Shown here one piece after another: positions 53,234-64,000 of a DNA stretch of 64,000 nt. The translations under genes and the position numbers were made by a program. Numbering within the stretch: position 1 is the first letter of the stretch; every line of letters begins with the position of its first letter. The DNA is from an uncultured Candidatus Saccharibacteria bacterium. Its GTDB lineage: Bacteria > Patescibacteriota > Saccharimonadia > Saccharimonadales > CAZDQS01. Below the pieces are notes generated by a model that saw only the letters and a list, made by a program, of their open reading frames with translations, was not told where the DNA came from and searched no databases. The DNA lies in assembly GCA_964507855.1 (NCBI GenBank), contig CAZDQS010000002.1, positions 27,284 through 91,283 of the forward strand, given 5' to 3'.

Positions 53234-53902
53234 ATGGCACTAGAGCGTGGATTCGCCCCATTCCTGAAAAACTGCATGGTCCGCAAGTACCCAAAAGGCA
53301 GTATTATTATCTACCAAGGTGAAGTTCCTCGGTCAGCTTTCTTTATCAAAGAAGGCATCATAAAAGCATACGGCATCACATCTCAGGGCGAGGAAAAGAT
53401 AGTTACCTTCCATATCAAGAACGAGCCCTTCCCCACGTCTTGGATATTCAACAAGTCATCGAGCGCCATCCTCTACTACGAAGCGACCTCCGACTGTGAG
53501 CTCTACATCGCATCCAAAGAAGCGCTGCTCGAGTACGTCGACAGCACCCCGGCAGCCAAAGAAGCGCTGTTTAACTACTATGTGACCAACTTCTCGGGCG
53601 CGCTCTTGCGCATCCTGGCCCTCGAGCAAAACAAAGCGCGGGAGAAAATACTCTATACCCTCCATCACCTGACGGAACGCTACGGCCGCGAAGTCACCCG
53701 AGGGAACTACCGTATCCAGATTGAGCTGACTCACCAGGTCATCGCCAGCCTTGTCGGCCTGACACGCGAAACGACAGCCATAGAACTCAACAAGCTGCGC
53801 AAGCGAGGAGTCATCAACTACAAAGGCCATACCTACGAAGTGAAGAAAGCCGACCTCATAAGGATTATGGGAGAGGACGGCTGCAACGACCTTACGTTTT
53901 AA
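53234..53902 (+). CDS. Crp/Fnr-family transcriptional regulator
   Basis: cNMP-binding-like beta-roll (GEVPRSAFFIKEGIIKAY) plus C-terminal HTH (IASLVGLTRETTAIELNKLRKRGVI). ATG at 53234. Confidence 0.85.
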   Translation: MALERGFAPFLKNCMVRKYPKGSIIIYQGEVPRSAFFIKEGIIKAYGITSQGEEKIVTFHIKNEPFPTSWIFNKSSSAILYYEATSDCELYIASKEALLEYVDSTPAAKEALFNYYVTNFSGALLRILALEQNKAREKILYTLHHLTERYGREVTRGNYRIQIELTHQVIASLVGLTRETTAIELNKLRKRGVINYKGHTYEVKKADLIRIMGEDGCNDLTF

Positions 53903-53947
53903 AGCGCCGCAACCTTTAGCTTAGGCGAAAACCCCTACTCTCGTTAC

Positions 53948-54310
53948 TTAGAGCGTATCGTTCACGACCTGCACGAGCTCTTTCGGCGATGCCCAGGCCT
54001 TGAGGAGATAGCGCTGCGCGCCAAGCTCATATGCTTCGTCGATTTCTTTTTGCATGTCGTAATTACTAAAGACAATGACCTGCACATCAGGGTGGTTCTT
54101 GGTGAGGTTATATTTTTTCAAAAACTCAATGCCATCCATCTTTGGCATGCGCAAGTCCAGCAGGATCAGATCGGGTTCAAAGTTTTCCGTAACCTTCAGA
54201 GCTTCTTCGCCATCAAAAGCACACTTCACCGTGTGGCCTTCTTTTTCAAGAATCATACGGTAGGCATCATTAAGCATCTTTTCATCTTCGACAATAAGAA
54301 TTTTGGCCAT
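53948..54310 (-). CDS. Single-domain response regulator (receiver only)
   Basis: MAKILIVEDE ... PDLILLDLRMPKMDG ... K near the C-terminus; 120 aa, no output domain. Confidence 0.9.
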   Translation of the reverse strand: MAKILIVEDEKMLNDAYRMILEKEGHTVKCAFDGEEALKVTENFEPDLILLDLRMPKMDGIEFLKKYNLTKNHPDVQVIVFSNYDMQKEIDEAYELGAQRYLLKAWASPKELVQVVNDTL

Positions 54311-54405
54311 GAGTTAGACTAGTCCCTTTTGCATCCCTTCTTTATCCGAGTATGTAAGGCATATTGTATGTGCCCTATACCGGTATAACTGTTAAAAATA
54401 TTATA

Positions 54406-54422
54406 GCCGGGAATTTCCCGGC
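54406..54422 (-). terminator. Palindromic hairpin GCCGGGAA-T-TTCCCGGC abutting the kinase stop codon (terminator or attenuator before the response regulator)
   Basis: Perfect 8-bp arms. An A/T-rich run follows on the minus strand. Confidence 0.35.
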
Positions 54423-56189
54423 CTATCTTTTCGGTATTTCTATTGTAAAGATCGAGCCCTTACCTGGCTCTGACTCTACCATTATATCGCCACCATGCAA
54501 CCGAACCAAATGCCGCGCCAAATACAGGCCGATGCCACTGCCGCTCACTTGATGGGACAGCTCGTTGGGGAGACGAGAAAAACGCTGGAACAGCAGCTCG
54601 TGGTCATCCGCGCTTATACCAATACCATTGTCCTTCACATGGATAAGCAGGTTGCCGTGACGCTGAGTGAGACGAACAGCTATCTTGCCGCCGTCAGGCG
54701 TGTACTTGATGGCATTGCTAATAATATTTTCCAGCGTCATGCGCAAACAATGGCTATCGACATTAGCGAAGATATCTCTTTTTGGTAGTGTCAGGTCCAG
54801 CTTATGGCCGTGCCGCTTAGCTTCGCCGCGCTGCTCCTCAACCGTATCGCGGACCAGCGTCGAGATGTTGGCTTTCCGCTTGGCCAGTACAATCCCCTCG
54901 GCATCAGCCTTGGCAACATACAACAGGTCATTGATAATCCGCAGCTGCCGCTCATTACTCTCGTCTGCTTTGTCCAGAAGCTCTTGCTGTTGTTTGGCTA
55001 ACTTTCCGGCGTACCCTTCCCTGAGCATCCCGATGTATTGCTTGACACCTGTAGCTGGGGTGCGTAGCTGGTGGGAAGCGAGCGACAAGAGCTCGTCCTT
55101 GGCGGCCTGTACCTCGCGCTCTTCCGCCATAGCAAGAGTCCTGGTCCTGGCGGTAAGCAAGGTAAGTGTCAGTGCGGACAACAGAAAACTAAACATACCG
55201 CCCGACCACAAGATTGCAACCGGCCGCCGCCTCACCGTCTCTGTTATAGCATGCGGGTCAAAGCGGAAGTCGACCCGCCACATGCGGCCATACATATCCA
55301 AATCTACTGTGTGTGACATAGAATCTGCCCGATGAGCAAGCCGATCATAAGGACCGCTCTCATAGAGCACATCTTCATCCTCGCCGGAAATGTCATGAAT
55401 CTTAAGGCCGTATGGCTTGTCATCTATGTCAAACAGCTGCTCAAAAAGATCATTGCTGAAAAAAGGCGCATATGAATATCCGAGCAGCGTCCGCTCGCTC
55501 GGCAATAGCTCACTGCTGCCCGGCTCTTTTGTGTACACGGGTACGTACATCAAAAAGCCCGATTGCTCATCAGCAGCTGAGGCCTGCACAAGCTGCACAC
55601 GCCCCGATAGTGTCGTCTCGCCAGTGTCCCGCGCTCGAACCATCGCCTCCCGACGAACCTCGTTCGTGAACATGTCATACCCAAATGCCCGGACGTTTGC
55701 CGGTATCTGCGGCTCGAGATAAATGATTGCTGTATAAAATTCCCGCGGATCATTCGGATAAACACGGAAGTCTGCAATTCCCTCAGCCCGCATCCGCCGG
55801 GTGAGCGCCGGAATATCATCCTTGCCAATTACTCGGCTGTAGCCAATGCCTAATATACCCCTGTACCGGTTCGGTATATCAAAGGTTCGTACGTAATCCT
55901 GCCACTCGGTCCGCGTCACATTGCTGGATGCAGCAAACAAGCCCGCGCCCCCTTTGAGGATGACCTCATATGTGTGCAAACGCTCGGTAATCGCTTGCCT
56001 GACGTCTGACGTATAACGTTCTTTGGTCGCAGTGACTTCCGTCTCCAATGAACGGCGTGCCGCATGCGACGACCACACAGTAATTGCCATAAGTGATACA
56101 AATACCGCCAGCGCCGGCAGGATATGCAACAGCACCTTCTCCCGAGTCAGCATCGTTTTATACCGGTGCAATAGTCCTTTATGGAACAT
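54423..56189 (-). CDS. Sensor histidine kinase with extracytoplasmic CHASE-like domain
   Basis: TM - WQDYVRTF...YRGILGIGYSRVI...YTAIIYLEP...VRAFGYDMFTNEVRREAMVRARDTGETTLSGRVQLVQ...FLMYVPVY - TM. H-box SHQLRTP, N-box NAIKYTP, G-boxes DNGIGI and GSGIGL. Confidence 0.88.
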   Translation of the reverse strand: MFHKGLLHRYKTMLTREKVLLHILPALAVFVSLMAITVWSSHAARRSLETEVTATKERYTSDVRQAITERLHTYEVILKGGAGLFAASSNVTRTEWQDYVRTFDIPNRYRGILGIGYSRVIGKDDIPALTRRMRAEGIADFRVYPNDPREFYTAIIYLEPQIPANVRAFGYDMFTNEVRREAMVRARDTGETTLSGRVQLVQASAADEQSGFLMYVPVYTKEPGSSELLPSERTLLGYSYAPFFSNDLFEQLFDIDDKPYGLKIHDISGEDEDVLYESGPYDRLAHRADSMSHTVDLDMYGRMWRVDFRFDPHAITETVRRRPVAILWSGGMFSFLLSALTLTLLTARTRTLAMAEEREVQAAKDELLSLASHQLRTPATGVKQYIGMLREGYAGKLAKQQQELLDKADESNERQLRIINDLLYVAKADAEGIVLAKRKANISTLVRDTVEEQRGEAKRHGHKLDLTLPKRDIFANVDSHCLRMTLENIISNAIKYTPDGGKIAVRLTQRHGNLLIHVKDNGIGISADDHELLFQRFSRLPNELSHQVSGSGIGLYLARHLVRLHGGDIMVESEPGKGSIFTIEIPKR

Positions 56190-56237
56190 TGCAGTCCATT
56201 ATAAACCCCCTCGCGACATACGGTGAAGTATTAGAGG

Positions 56238-56813
56238 CTACTGTCTGCGGTTTGCCCGCACCACGACCCACAGCAAGCCGGCAAGCACAAAGAATATCGC
56301 CGAATAAAAGCTAATCGTCCCGTAGAGCTCGATCTTGTACCCTTCCCCGAAATTCTCCGTAAAATACCGTGTCGTCGCCAAGGCATAGATAGCGGTACTC
56401 AGTGCCGCCGTCGCAAAGAGCGCACTCCGGTTCAATAGCACGGCTGATATGATAATCGGCACTGCGAACAAGGCGACCGCCAGGCTCGCCATCCCGCGTT
56501 GCGTATAGACATTAAAGCCAGCCACACCGATATCCATGAGTACAAGACCCCATATCATCGCCTTGTGATACGCCACGTTGTTTACAATACTGCGCGCCAT
56601 ATACCATATCCACGTCGTGACGACGAGCATCAATGCTGCCATCGTCCATCGCTGGCCAACCGCTTGCGGCGTTATCAGATTCCAGGAATCAAAGATAATT
56701 ATTGACGCCGCGTACGCCAGCACATAGAAAAAATGCACCCGTGTTACCCGGACGACACTCGGTTGCAGCCAACTTACTTGTTTTTGCTTTTGAGCCATAT
56801 CTTCCATAGGCAT
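56238..56813 (-). CDS. Polytopic membrane protein (191 aa), unknown function
   Basis: 5-6 hydrophobic helices. Immediately upstream of the kinase on the same strand. Confidence 0.55.
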   Translation of the reverse strand: MPMEDMAQKQKQVSWLQPSVVRVTRVHFFYVLAYAASIIIFDSWNLITPQAVGQRWTMAALMLVVTTWIWYMARSIVNNVAYHKAMIWGLVLMDIGVAGFNVYTQRGMASLAVALFAVPIIISAVLLNRSALFATAALSTAIYALATTRYFTENFGEGYKIELYGTISFYSAIFFVLAGLLWVVVRANRRQ

Positions 56814-56865
56814 TCAACCATAGGTTAATTTCCCTTGTCAACGCGCTTATGTCTACAAATTCTAG

Positions 56866-57312
56866 CTACCCGGCAATCGTTCCCCTTCCGGCCTCATGCC
56901 CCAGCTTGTCTAGCATGGGAACAAGATTCTCTTTATCAATGTTCGAGCAGTCAATATTCTTATGTCTTGCAATAATATACCCCTGCATGATGCGCTTAAT
57001 CTTCAGCGCGTCCTCTCGCAGTAATTTGCTGATTCTCATAGGTTTATCTGCAAAAAACCGAGTCCACATCTTGACCGAGCCAAAGAATGGCCCGACATCC
57101 GCCTCAACATTCAACACATCCTCGATTTGTATGCTTATAACTTCTGCTACGCTAAAAAACGTCCTACGGGTAATAGTCACCTTGACGCGGTCGATTATGA
57201 TCGTGTCGGGAAACAGATCGAACGGAAAGAACGTGTCGGCCGATACAAGCACATCCTGTGCGTTGGCGGCAACGCTGGTGAGCTCTTGGTCTGTGATGCC
57301 TTCATGTGCCAT
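56866..57312 (-). CDS. Hypothetical protein (148 aa), possible bacterial PH-like (YdbT/bPH-type) fold
   Basis: TIIIDRVKVTITRRTFFSVAEVISIQIEDVLNVEADVGPFFGSVKMW...ISKLLREDALKIKRIMQG resembles the bPH strand and C-terminal helix pattern. Tentative. Confidence 0.5.
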   Translation of the reverse strand: MAHEGITDQELTSVAANAQDVLVSADTFFPFDLFPDTIIIDRVKVTITRRTFFSVAEVISIQIEDVLNVEADVGPFFGSVKMWTRFFADKPMRISKLLREDALKIKRIMQGYIIARHKNIDCSNIDKENLVPMLDKLGHEAGRGTIAG

Positions 57313-57505
57313 ACTGCCACTCCTGTCAGTGCATTAACTATACCGCCGTTACGTCAATTGCAGCCGTGAAATTTCTCTCAAAGCGAGAACACCGCTCTTT
57401 TTGTTTTTCGAAATAAACTTTCTTACAGCATCTCGATGAACACCTGTATAGTGTGTATTTGTTAATAATCTAAAACCAGCACAGAAGGTGCTTATTCTCT
57501 ACGCC

Positions 57506-58780
57506 ATGGAAAGAACCCGCATTCCCCTGACTATCGAAAGCAAACAAAATCAGCCAGAAGCCTTAACGGACGAGCAAATTGCCGGCCGACTAAATAGCTT
57601 GGTAGATGGCGCAGCCTCTGTCATCACCACCTATGAACCCGCCCCATACGATCCAGACGGACATCCGGACAGGAGCCTATCCCGCACTCAACTGCTTTCC
57701 TTGCTCATAGGATTCTGTGGCGCAGATACCAATGCCCCGCTCGACAACCGCACGCACACGCTCATCTACACCGACCCCGATAGCGGTAAATCTAATTTCC
57801 AGACCGTCGCCATCCCCGACTATCGGCAGCTTTCGCCATTCCTCCTCGAATTCGACCCACACGACCCCGACCGAGCAACTATCTGGGATAGAGTAAATGG
57901 AACAGCCGTAACTACCGTCAAGCCGCATGCACGTATTTTTGGCGCATCAAACCACTACTACAGCCGGGTTGGTCGTGATTTGCGAGAACTGCCGACCGCA
58001 GCTATTGTTTCTCCTTATAGCACGTGCGCTGGTGGTTGCCTGGGCTGTTCTCGGGGCGCAGTGCGCAGCTTCCATGCCCCCGAGAATGATTATGTAGCTG
58101 CGCATGTCAGGCAGCTTGCCGAGGACTATGACGAACGGAGTTGGGACAGAGCCGACTTAATATCCGTAAATATCACGACAGGCTGCCAACCAAGTGAAGA
58201 AAAGGAACTAGCCATGATGCTGCAACTTATGGAGGAGTATCGAAGGCAGGGGTTTAGCAATGCTAGATTTCATGTCTTCTCTTACAACATCTCCTCGCCT
58301 GAAGCCATGGAACAATTGCTAGACTCGGGCGCAATTGGATTTATCGGCACGATTGAGACCATGAACGACCAAGAAAGGATTCGGCAGTGGGGACACCAGA
58401 AGGGCGCCGTGACGTTTGCTCAACACCTGGAGCGCTACAAGCTTGCCCGTTCAATGGGATTTCCTATTGTGGAGACAGATTACGTATTAGGCGCTGACAG
58501 CTACTCCGAGATGCTTGAGGGCATCCATATATTGGACGAAAACGGCGTTGCCGTCGTGCCGAATATCAAACGCAATTACACCACAGCTCAATTGGCAAGC
58601 GTGCACCCTGATCTTTTTGAGTACGGTATGGACTACATAATAAGAGGTTTCGAGGCAAGCCTCGCAAGCTACCGGAACGGGACCATTAAACGCCGTGCCG
58701 CGCAAATGTCCGTCGATTGGCTCCATGGGCATGGCGATACAGAAGTTACCCTTTCTACGCTGCCCATCCGTCATACCTAG
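57506..58780 (+). CDS. CX3CX2C protein, possible divergent radical-SAM enzyme with a unique N-terminal region of about 170 aa
   Basis: IVSPYSTCAGGCLGCSRG gives C-x3-C-x2-C, but without the usual aromatic before the last Cys. Later NITTGCQP could be the GGE-like SAM motif. ATG at 57506; the track GTG is at 57488. Confidence 0.6.
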   Translation: MERTRIPLTIESKQNQPEALTDEQIAGRLNSLVDGAASVITTYEPAPYDPDGHPDRSLSRTQLLSLLIGFCGADTNAPLDNRTHTLIYTDPDSGKSNFQTVAIPDYRQLSPFLLEFDPHDPDRATIWDRVNGTAVTTVKPHARIFGASNHYYSRVGRDLRELPTAAIVSPYSTCAGGCLGCSRGAVRSFHAPENDYVAAHVRQLAEDYDERSWDRADLISVNITTGCQPSEEKELAMMLQLMEEYRRQGFSNARFHVFSYNISSPEAMEQLLDSGAIGFIGTIETMNDQERIRQWGHQKGAVTFAQHLERYKLARSMGFPIVETDYVLGADSYSEMLEGIHILDENGVAVVPNIKRNYTTAQLASVHPDLFEYGMDYIIRGFEASLASYRNGTIKRRAAQMSVDWLHGHGDTEVTLSTLPIRHT

Positions 58781-58871
58781 GGCCGAATTTTGTTCGGTTC
58801 TGGTTATTTCTTGAAGCTAAAATAATAGGCACATAGTCCGGAAAACAGACGACACACGATATAATGGCCGC

Positions 58872-59642
58872 ATGAGACGACCACCTGTTACACTCGAGAA
58901 TTACCAACAAGTATACGATTTCTATACAGAGTACCGGCCATACCAGCGTACGACCAAGACACTGGGCCGGCTTATGGCATGCCTCTTTAAGCCACAGGTC
59001 ACCTACGCCGAAGGTGCCGAGGAACAAATCGCGGAGTTATTCGATAATGATCGTAGTATCGTCATTGCCTCAAACCACGTAAGTGCCACGGATCCGCCAG
59101 TTATTGCCGCTATGGCCATGCGCGAATCCGTATTGCAACCGATGATAGGCAACAGTTTTATTCCCGCTAAGGCGTCACTCTTTAAGCGCCCTTTGCGTCA
59201 CGCGGTTGACGGCCTTGGCTCTATACCGGTCTTTCGCAAAGAAGACGCTACCCCCGAAACAGAGGCCCTCCTCCTCCGTGCTGGCTCGCGACTGTTTCGT
59301 ACCTGCATCGCACGACTCAACGCAGGTCAAAACATGGTAATTTTCCCAGAAGCAACACGGAACCAGAACCCTGACAATCTCCTCAAGCTCCAAAACGGCG
59401 TCGGCAAAATGGTATGCGCAGTGTCTGATGTAGAACAGCCAGCCGTCGTGCCTATGGCAATCCGCTACGATGGCACCAGGCCCGGCATGCGCAAACCCGT
59501 CGTTTACGTCAGCAATCCGTCCGAAGAGCCGTTCACACGGTCGCGTGATGTTATGAGCTGGCTCCAACCAGCTATGCAGGAAAGTTTGGACAGCGTAATA
59601 GAAATCAGCAAAAGCCCACACCAAGCCCTTCAGCCTAATTAG
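58872..59642 (+). CDS. plsC: Lysophospholipid (1-acyl-sn-glycerol-3-phosphate) acyltransferase family protein
   Basis: NHVSATDP (H-x4-D), VIFPEATR and a block-IV-like VVPMAIRY. Confidence 0.8.
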   Translation: MRRPPVTLENYQQVYDFYTEYRPYQRTTKTLGRLMACLFKPQVTYAEGAEEQIAELFDNDRSIVIASNHVSATDPPVIAAMAMRESVLQPMIGNSFIPAKASLFKRPLRHAVDGLGSIPVFRKEDATPETEALLLRAGSRLFRTCIARLNAGQNMVIFPEATRNQNPDNLLKLQNGVGKMVCAVSDVEQPAVVPMAIRYDGTRPGMRKPVVYVSNPSEEPFTRSRDVMSWLQPAMQESLDSVIEISKSPHQALQPN

Positions 59643-59762
59643 CTATACAAAGTACCGAATTTTCGGCTATACTGGTTATGTTACTCTTATAAAATATAAA
59701 GCGGCGACGTAGGTGTTTTGATATCGGAAAATAAATAGCCGACACTCCAGACGTAAAAGGAT

Positions 59763-60353
59763 ATGCCAGGGATTACAACATTCTTTATCACCATAGCCCT
59801 CATAGGCGCTGCTGCAGCGGTACTACGAATCGTCTTCGGGGTGTCGATCCACTTTGAGACCAAAAAGGCTGCCCGCACCCGCAAGGAACTGGAGCGCAAA
59901 CACGCTCAGGCTATTCGCAAGAAAGAAGAAGAAGCACTCGAGCAGATTATCGAAGACAGCACCAACAAAGTCCGGCGCAACCTGCAAAAAACCATCGATA
60001 AGATGGATACGTACATCAGCGACGAGTTCTCTCGGGCACTAGCCGAAGAAGTCATTGCCCACAAAAAGGCCGCCAATGACATCCGGACAGCCGCGCTCCA
60101 AACCATAGAACACTCCATGAGGGCCATTGAGGAACAGCGACAGACAGTTGACAAGGAAGTCGCGCGGCAAGTGGCCGAAGTAAAAGCAGCGCTAATTGTC
60201 GAGGTTGAGAAGAACTTGGCCGACATTCTGCGGTTTTATGTCGAGAACGCTATGCGCGACCAATTGAGTGTCGACGACCAAGTACGCGGCATCATCAGCG
60301 GGCTTGAACGTGACAAAAAGCGAATCCTACAGGACATGAAAGATGACCTCTAA
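59763..60353 (+). CDS. atpF: F-type ATP synthase subunit b-like (N-terminal TM plus long coiled coil)
   Basis: One TM helix, then a charged helix of about 160 aa. Position directly upstream of the delta/alpha/gamma/beta genes. Confidence 0.65.
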   Translation: MPGITTFFITIALIGAAAAVLRIVFGVSIHFETKKAARTRKELERKHAQAIRKKEEEALEQIIEDSTNKVRRNLQKTIDKMDTYISDEFSRALAEEVIAHKKAANDIRTAALQTIEHSMRAIEEQRQTVDKEVARQVAEVKAALIVEVEKNLADILRFYVENAMRDQLSVDDQVRGIISGLERDKKRILQDMKDDL

Positions 60354-60843
60354 AACATCTGCCGCACTACCGCCGTCACTGGTCAGCCGCTCGGACGCTA
60401 CCCGCCTGCTCCGCGAAATAAAAGATTATGACGAACTCGCAACTCAGCGTTCGCTTGCCAAAGGCACCAAGCGGCGCTCGACTCCGACCCGCCACAGCGA
60501 GCAGCTCATCGAACTTGCAGAAGCGCAATCATTGTCCTTGGCTAGCGCTGCAGACCGGGATGAAATTATCAACCAGCTTGCCTCGCTCCTAGAAACAGCC
60601 CCAGCTGTACATATTGACTTCGCAACCGAACCGTCGGCCCGTGCCCTGCACCGCATTGTGCAGTGGTTCAGGGAAGAAATACACCCACAGGCGCTCGTAG
60701 AGGTCGGACTGCAACCCTCACTTGTGGCCGGCTGTGTCGTCCGAACAACCAACCGGTATTTTGATTACAGCGTGCGCAGCCAGCTGGATGAGACCCATGA
60801 GAGTTTACAGAAAAAAATAGGGGCATTGGCTGGGCAGGCATGA
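60343..60843 (+). CDS. atpH: F-type ATP synthase subunit delta (OSCP)-like
   Basis: C-terminal [29 protein letters not shown] resembles the delta-subunit end (D-x-S-L-I-G-G...D-x-S-V). Overlaps both neighbours. Confidence 0.65.
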   Translation: MTSKTSAALPPSLVSRSDATRLLREIKDYDELATQRSLAKGTKRRSTPTRHSEQLIELAEAQSLSLASAADRDEIINQLASLLETAPAVHIDFATEPSARALHRIVQWFREEIHPQALVEVGLQPSLVAGCVVRTTNRYFDYSVRSQLDETHESLQKKIGALAGQA

Positions 60844-62287
60844 GCAGTGTCGATGCAAAAACCAGGATCAAACAATTTGATCGCCTCGTCAAAGCAGGCA
60901 ATCCTGTCGGCGAGGTGATTTCGGTCGACAGCTTCCTGCTGAAGATAAAAGGCCTGCATCCAGTCAACGTTGGCGCACCTATCCTGCTAGAGGACGGCAC
61001 ACGCGGCATGGTACGCCGCGTGCTCGAAGATTGCGTGGTGGTCCTCAGCCTCGGCAAAGAGCCAGCGACCGCCGGCATGCTAGCTGTAGTGGAAAGCGAA
61101 CTTTTTACGACCAAGGTAGGCGAAAAGTTTATCGGCAGGGTCATTTCCGTCGAGGGCGAACCGCTGGACGGTAAAGGGCCGATAGAAGCCGAAGGCGAAT
61201 GGCCGATATTCCATCCGGCCCCCAAAATCTACGAACGCCAGCAGCTTGACGACCTCTTGGTTACCGGGGTTACTATTGTGGACGCACTCTTCCCTATTGT
61301 CCGCGGCCAGCGCCTGGCAATTCTCGGTGACAGTAAGGCCGGCAAAAGCACCCTCGCCACCCAGCTGGTCATCAACCAAAAGAATACCGATATCGTGACC
61401 GTCTATGTCTTGATCGCCAAGAACGCCACGGACATTGACGGCCTTCTGTCCAGGCTGCACGAAAACGACGCACTCAAGAATGCGATCGTGGTCGTTTCCA
61501 CCATCAACGAAGCCCTCGGCAAGAGTTATCTTGCCCCCTACGTCGGCTGTGCCCTTGCGGAATATCTCTGGCAAAAGAAGAACCGCGACGTATTAATCGT
61601 CTATGATGACCTGACCGTCCATGCCCAAATCTACCGTGAAATTGCGCTGGTTTCCGGCGCCAACCCCGGCCGTGACTCATACCCTGGTGATACGTTCTAT
61701 ATCCACTCCAGCCTGCTCGAACGGGCAGGACGGCTTAACCGCAACCACAAGACCCTGACGTCGCTGCCGATTGTCCTCGCAATGGGCGGCGACGTCACAG
61801 CGTATCTACCAACGAACATTATCTCTATTACCGATGGGCAGTGGATTCTTGACATGGACGTGTTCCGGGACGGACGCCGGCCAGCTGTCAGCACGGGCTT
61901 AAGTGTCACTCGTGTCGGCGGCCGAGGGCACAACTCCCGCCAGAAAGAGCAGGCCGGCAGGGTCCAAAAAGCCCTGGCAACATACGAGGAAGCATTGGAG
62001 TTCTCGCACTTTGGATCCGACCTTTCGGCTGAGTCACGGCAGGCGCTTGCTATCGGTGAATACCTTAAGGTTATGTTCAGCCAGTTGCCCGGAGAGTCAT
62101 ACTCTATTAATTCCCAGCAGCTCATGCTCGACCTGATTCTTAACCTGCAGCCCGGCCAGGAAATTGACGTTGCCGCGCTCAAGAAGAGCGTAGAAGAAGC
62201 GGCAAGCAAAATTACCGACGACGACAAATCATACGAAAGAGTACTCAAATCACTTGAGACCAAGTTCGTGAAGGGGAGCGCAGCGAC

Positions 62288-62291
<4 letters not shown>
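60840..62291 (+). CDS. atpA: F-type ATP synthase subunit alpha (divergent P-loop GDSKAGKST)
   Basis: 483 aa: [75 protein letters not shown]. Confidence 0.88.

Positions 62292-64000
<1,709 letters not shown>

Overview
The window is 64 kb and gene-dense, with about 80 CDS, roughly three quarters on the minus strand. I found no rRNA, tRNA, CRISPR array, transposase or integrase by eye.

**Likely organism (inference only, no search possible).** The gene content suggests a reduced-genome Patescibacteria/CPR organism, probably Saccharibacteria-like. Supporting signs are a split transketolase, a DUF2207 protein with a poly-Gly tail, a pilin-like protein, many scavenging and hydrolase genes, and a divergent F-ATPase.

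**Core blocks**
- fba, split tkt, rpe, rpiB and gap sugar-phosphate operon (1-4.9 kb)
- redox cluster: NOX-like flavocytochrome, MarR, trxB and a glutaredoxin-like gene (6.7-10 kb)
- pheST
- ZIP transporter with a divergent Fur-family gene
- typA and a DEAD-box helicase
- rarA and corA
- CHASE histidine kinase with a receiver-only response regulator
- atpF-H-A-G-D, running off the window at 64 kb

**Most interesting region: a compositionally mosaic accessory island at about 32.5-39 kb.** It contains:
- an actinobacterial-type WhiB (Wbl) Fe-S domain fused behind an unknown N-terminal region of about 285 aa
- a divergently transcribed protein with a caspase-like His/Cys layout
- an operon of an unannotated 58-aa zinc-ribbon ORF, an unknown gene, an M23 peptidase and another unknown gene
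- twin 16-bp palindromes
- a GC-rich lipoprotein cassette
- a truncated DpnI-like nuclease (QxK variant) divergent from a membrane-anchored SNase-Excalibur nuclease

**Other candidates**
- a DsbA gene translationally coupled to an unclassified polytopic membrane protein with a single CxxC, followed by an ABC exporter and preceded by two small ORFs with strong Shine-Dalgarno sequences
- a CX3CX2C (radical-SAM-like) protein next to a PlsC acyltransferase
- a perfect 33-bp duplication of the typA 3' end flanking a 168-bp hairpin-rich insert
- a folded RNA candidate of about 124 nt downstream of the Fur-family gene
- a long structured leader on the helicase gene

All functional calls rest on motifs I recognised in the translations. 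None was checked against a database.
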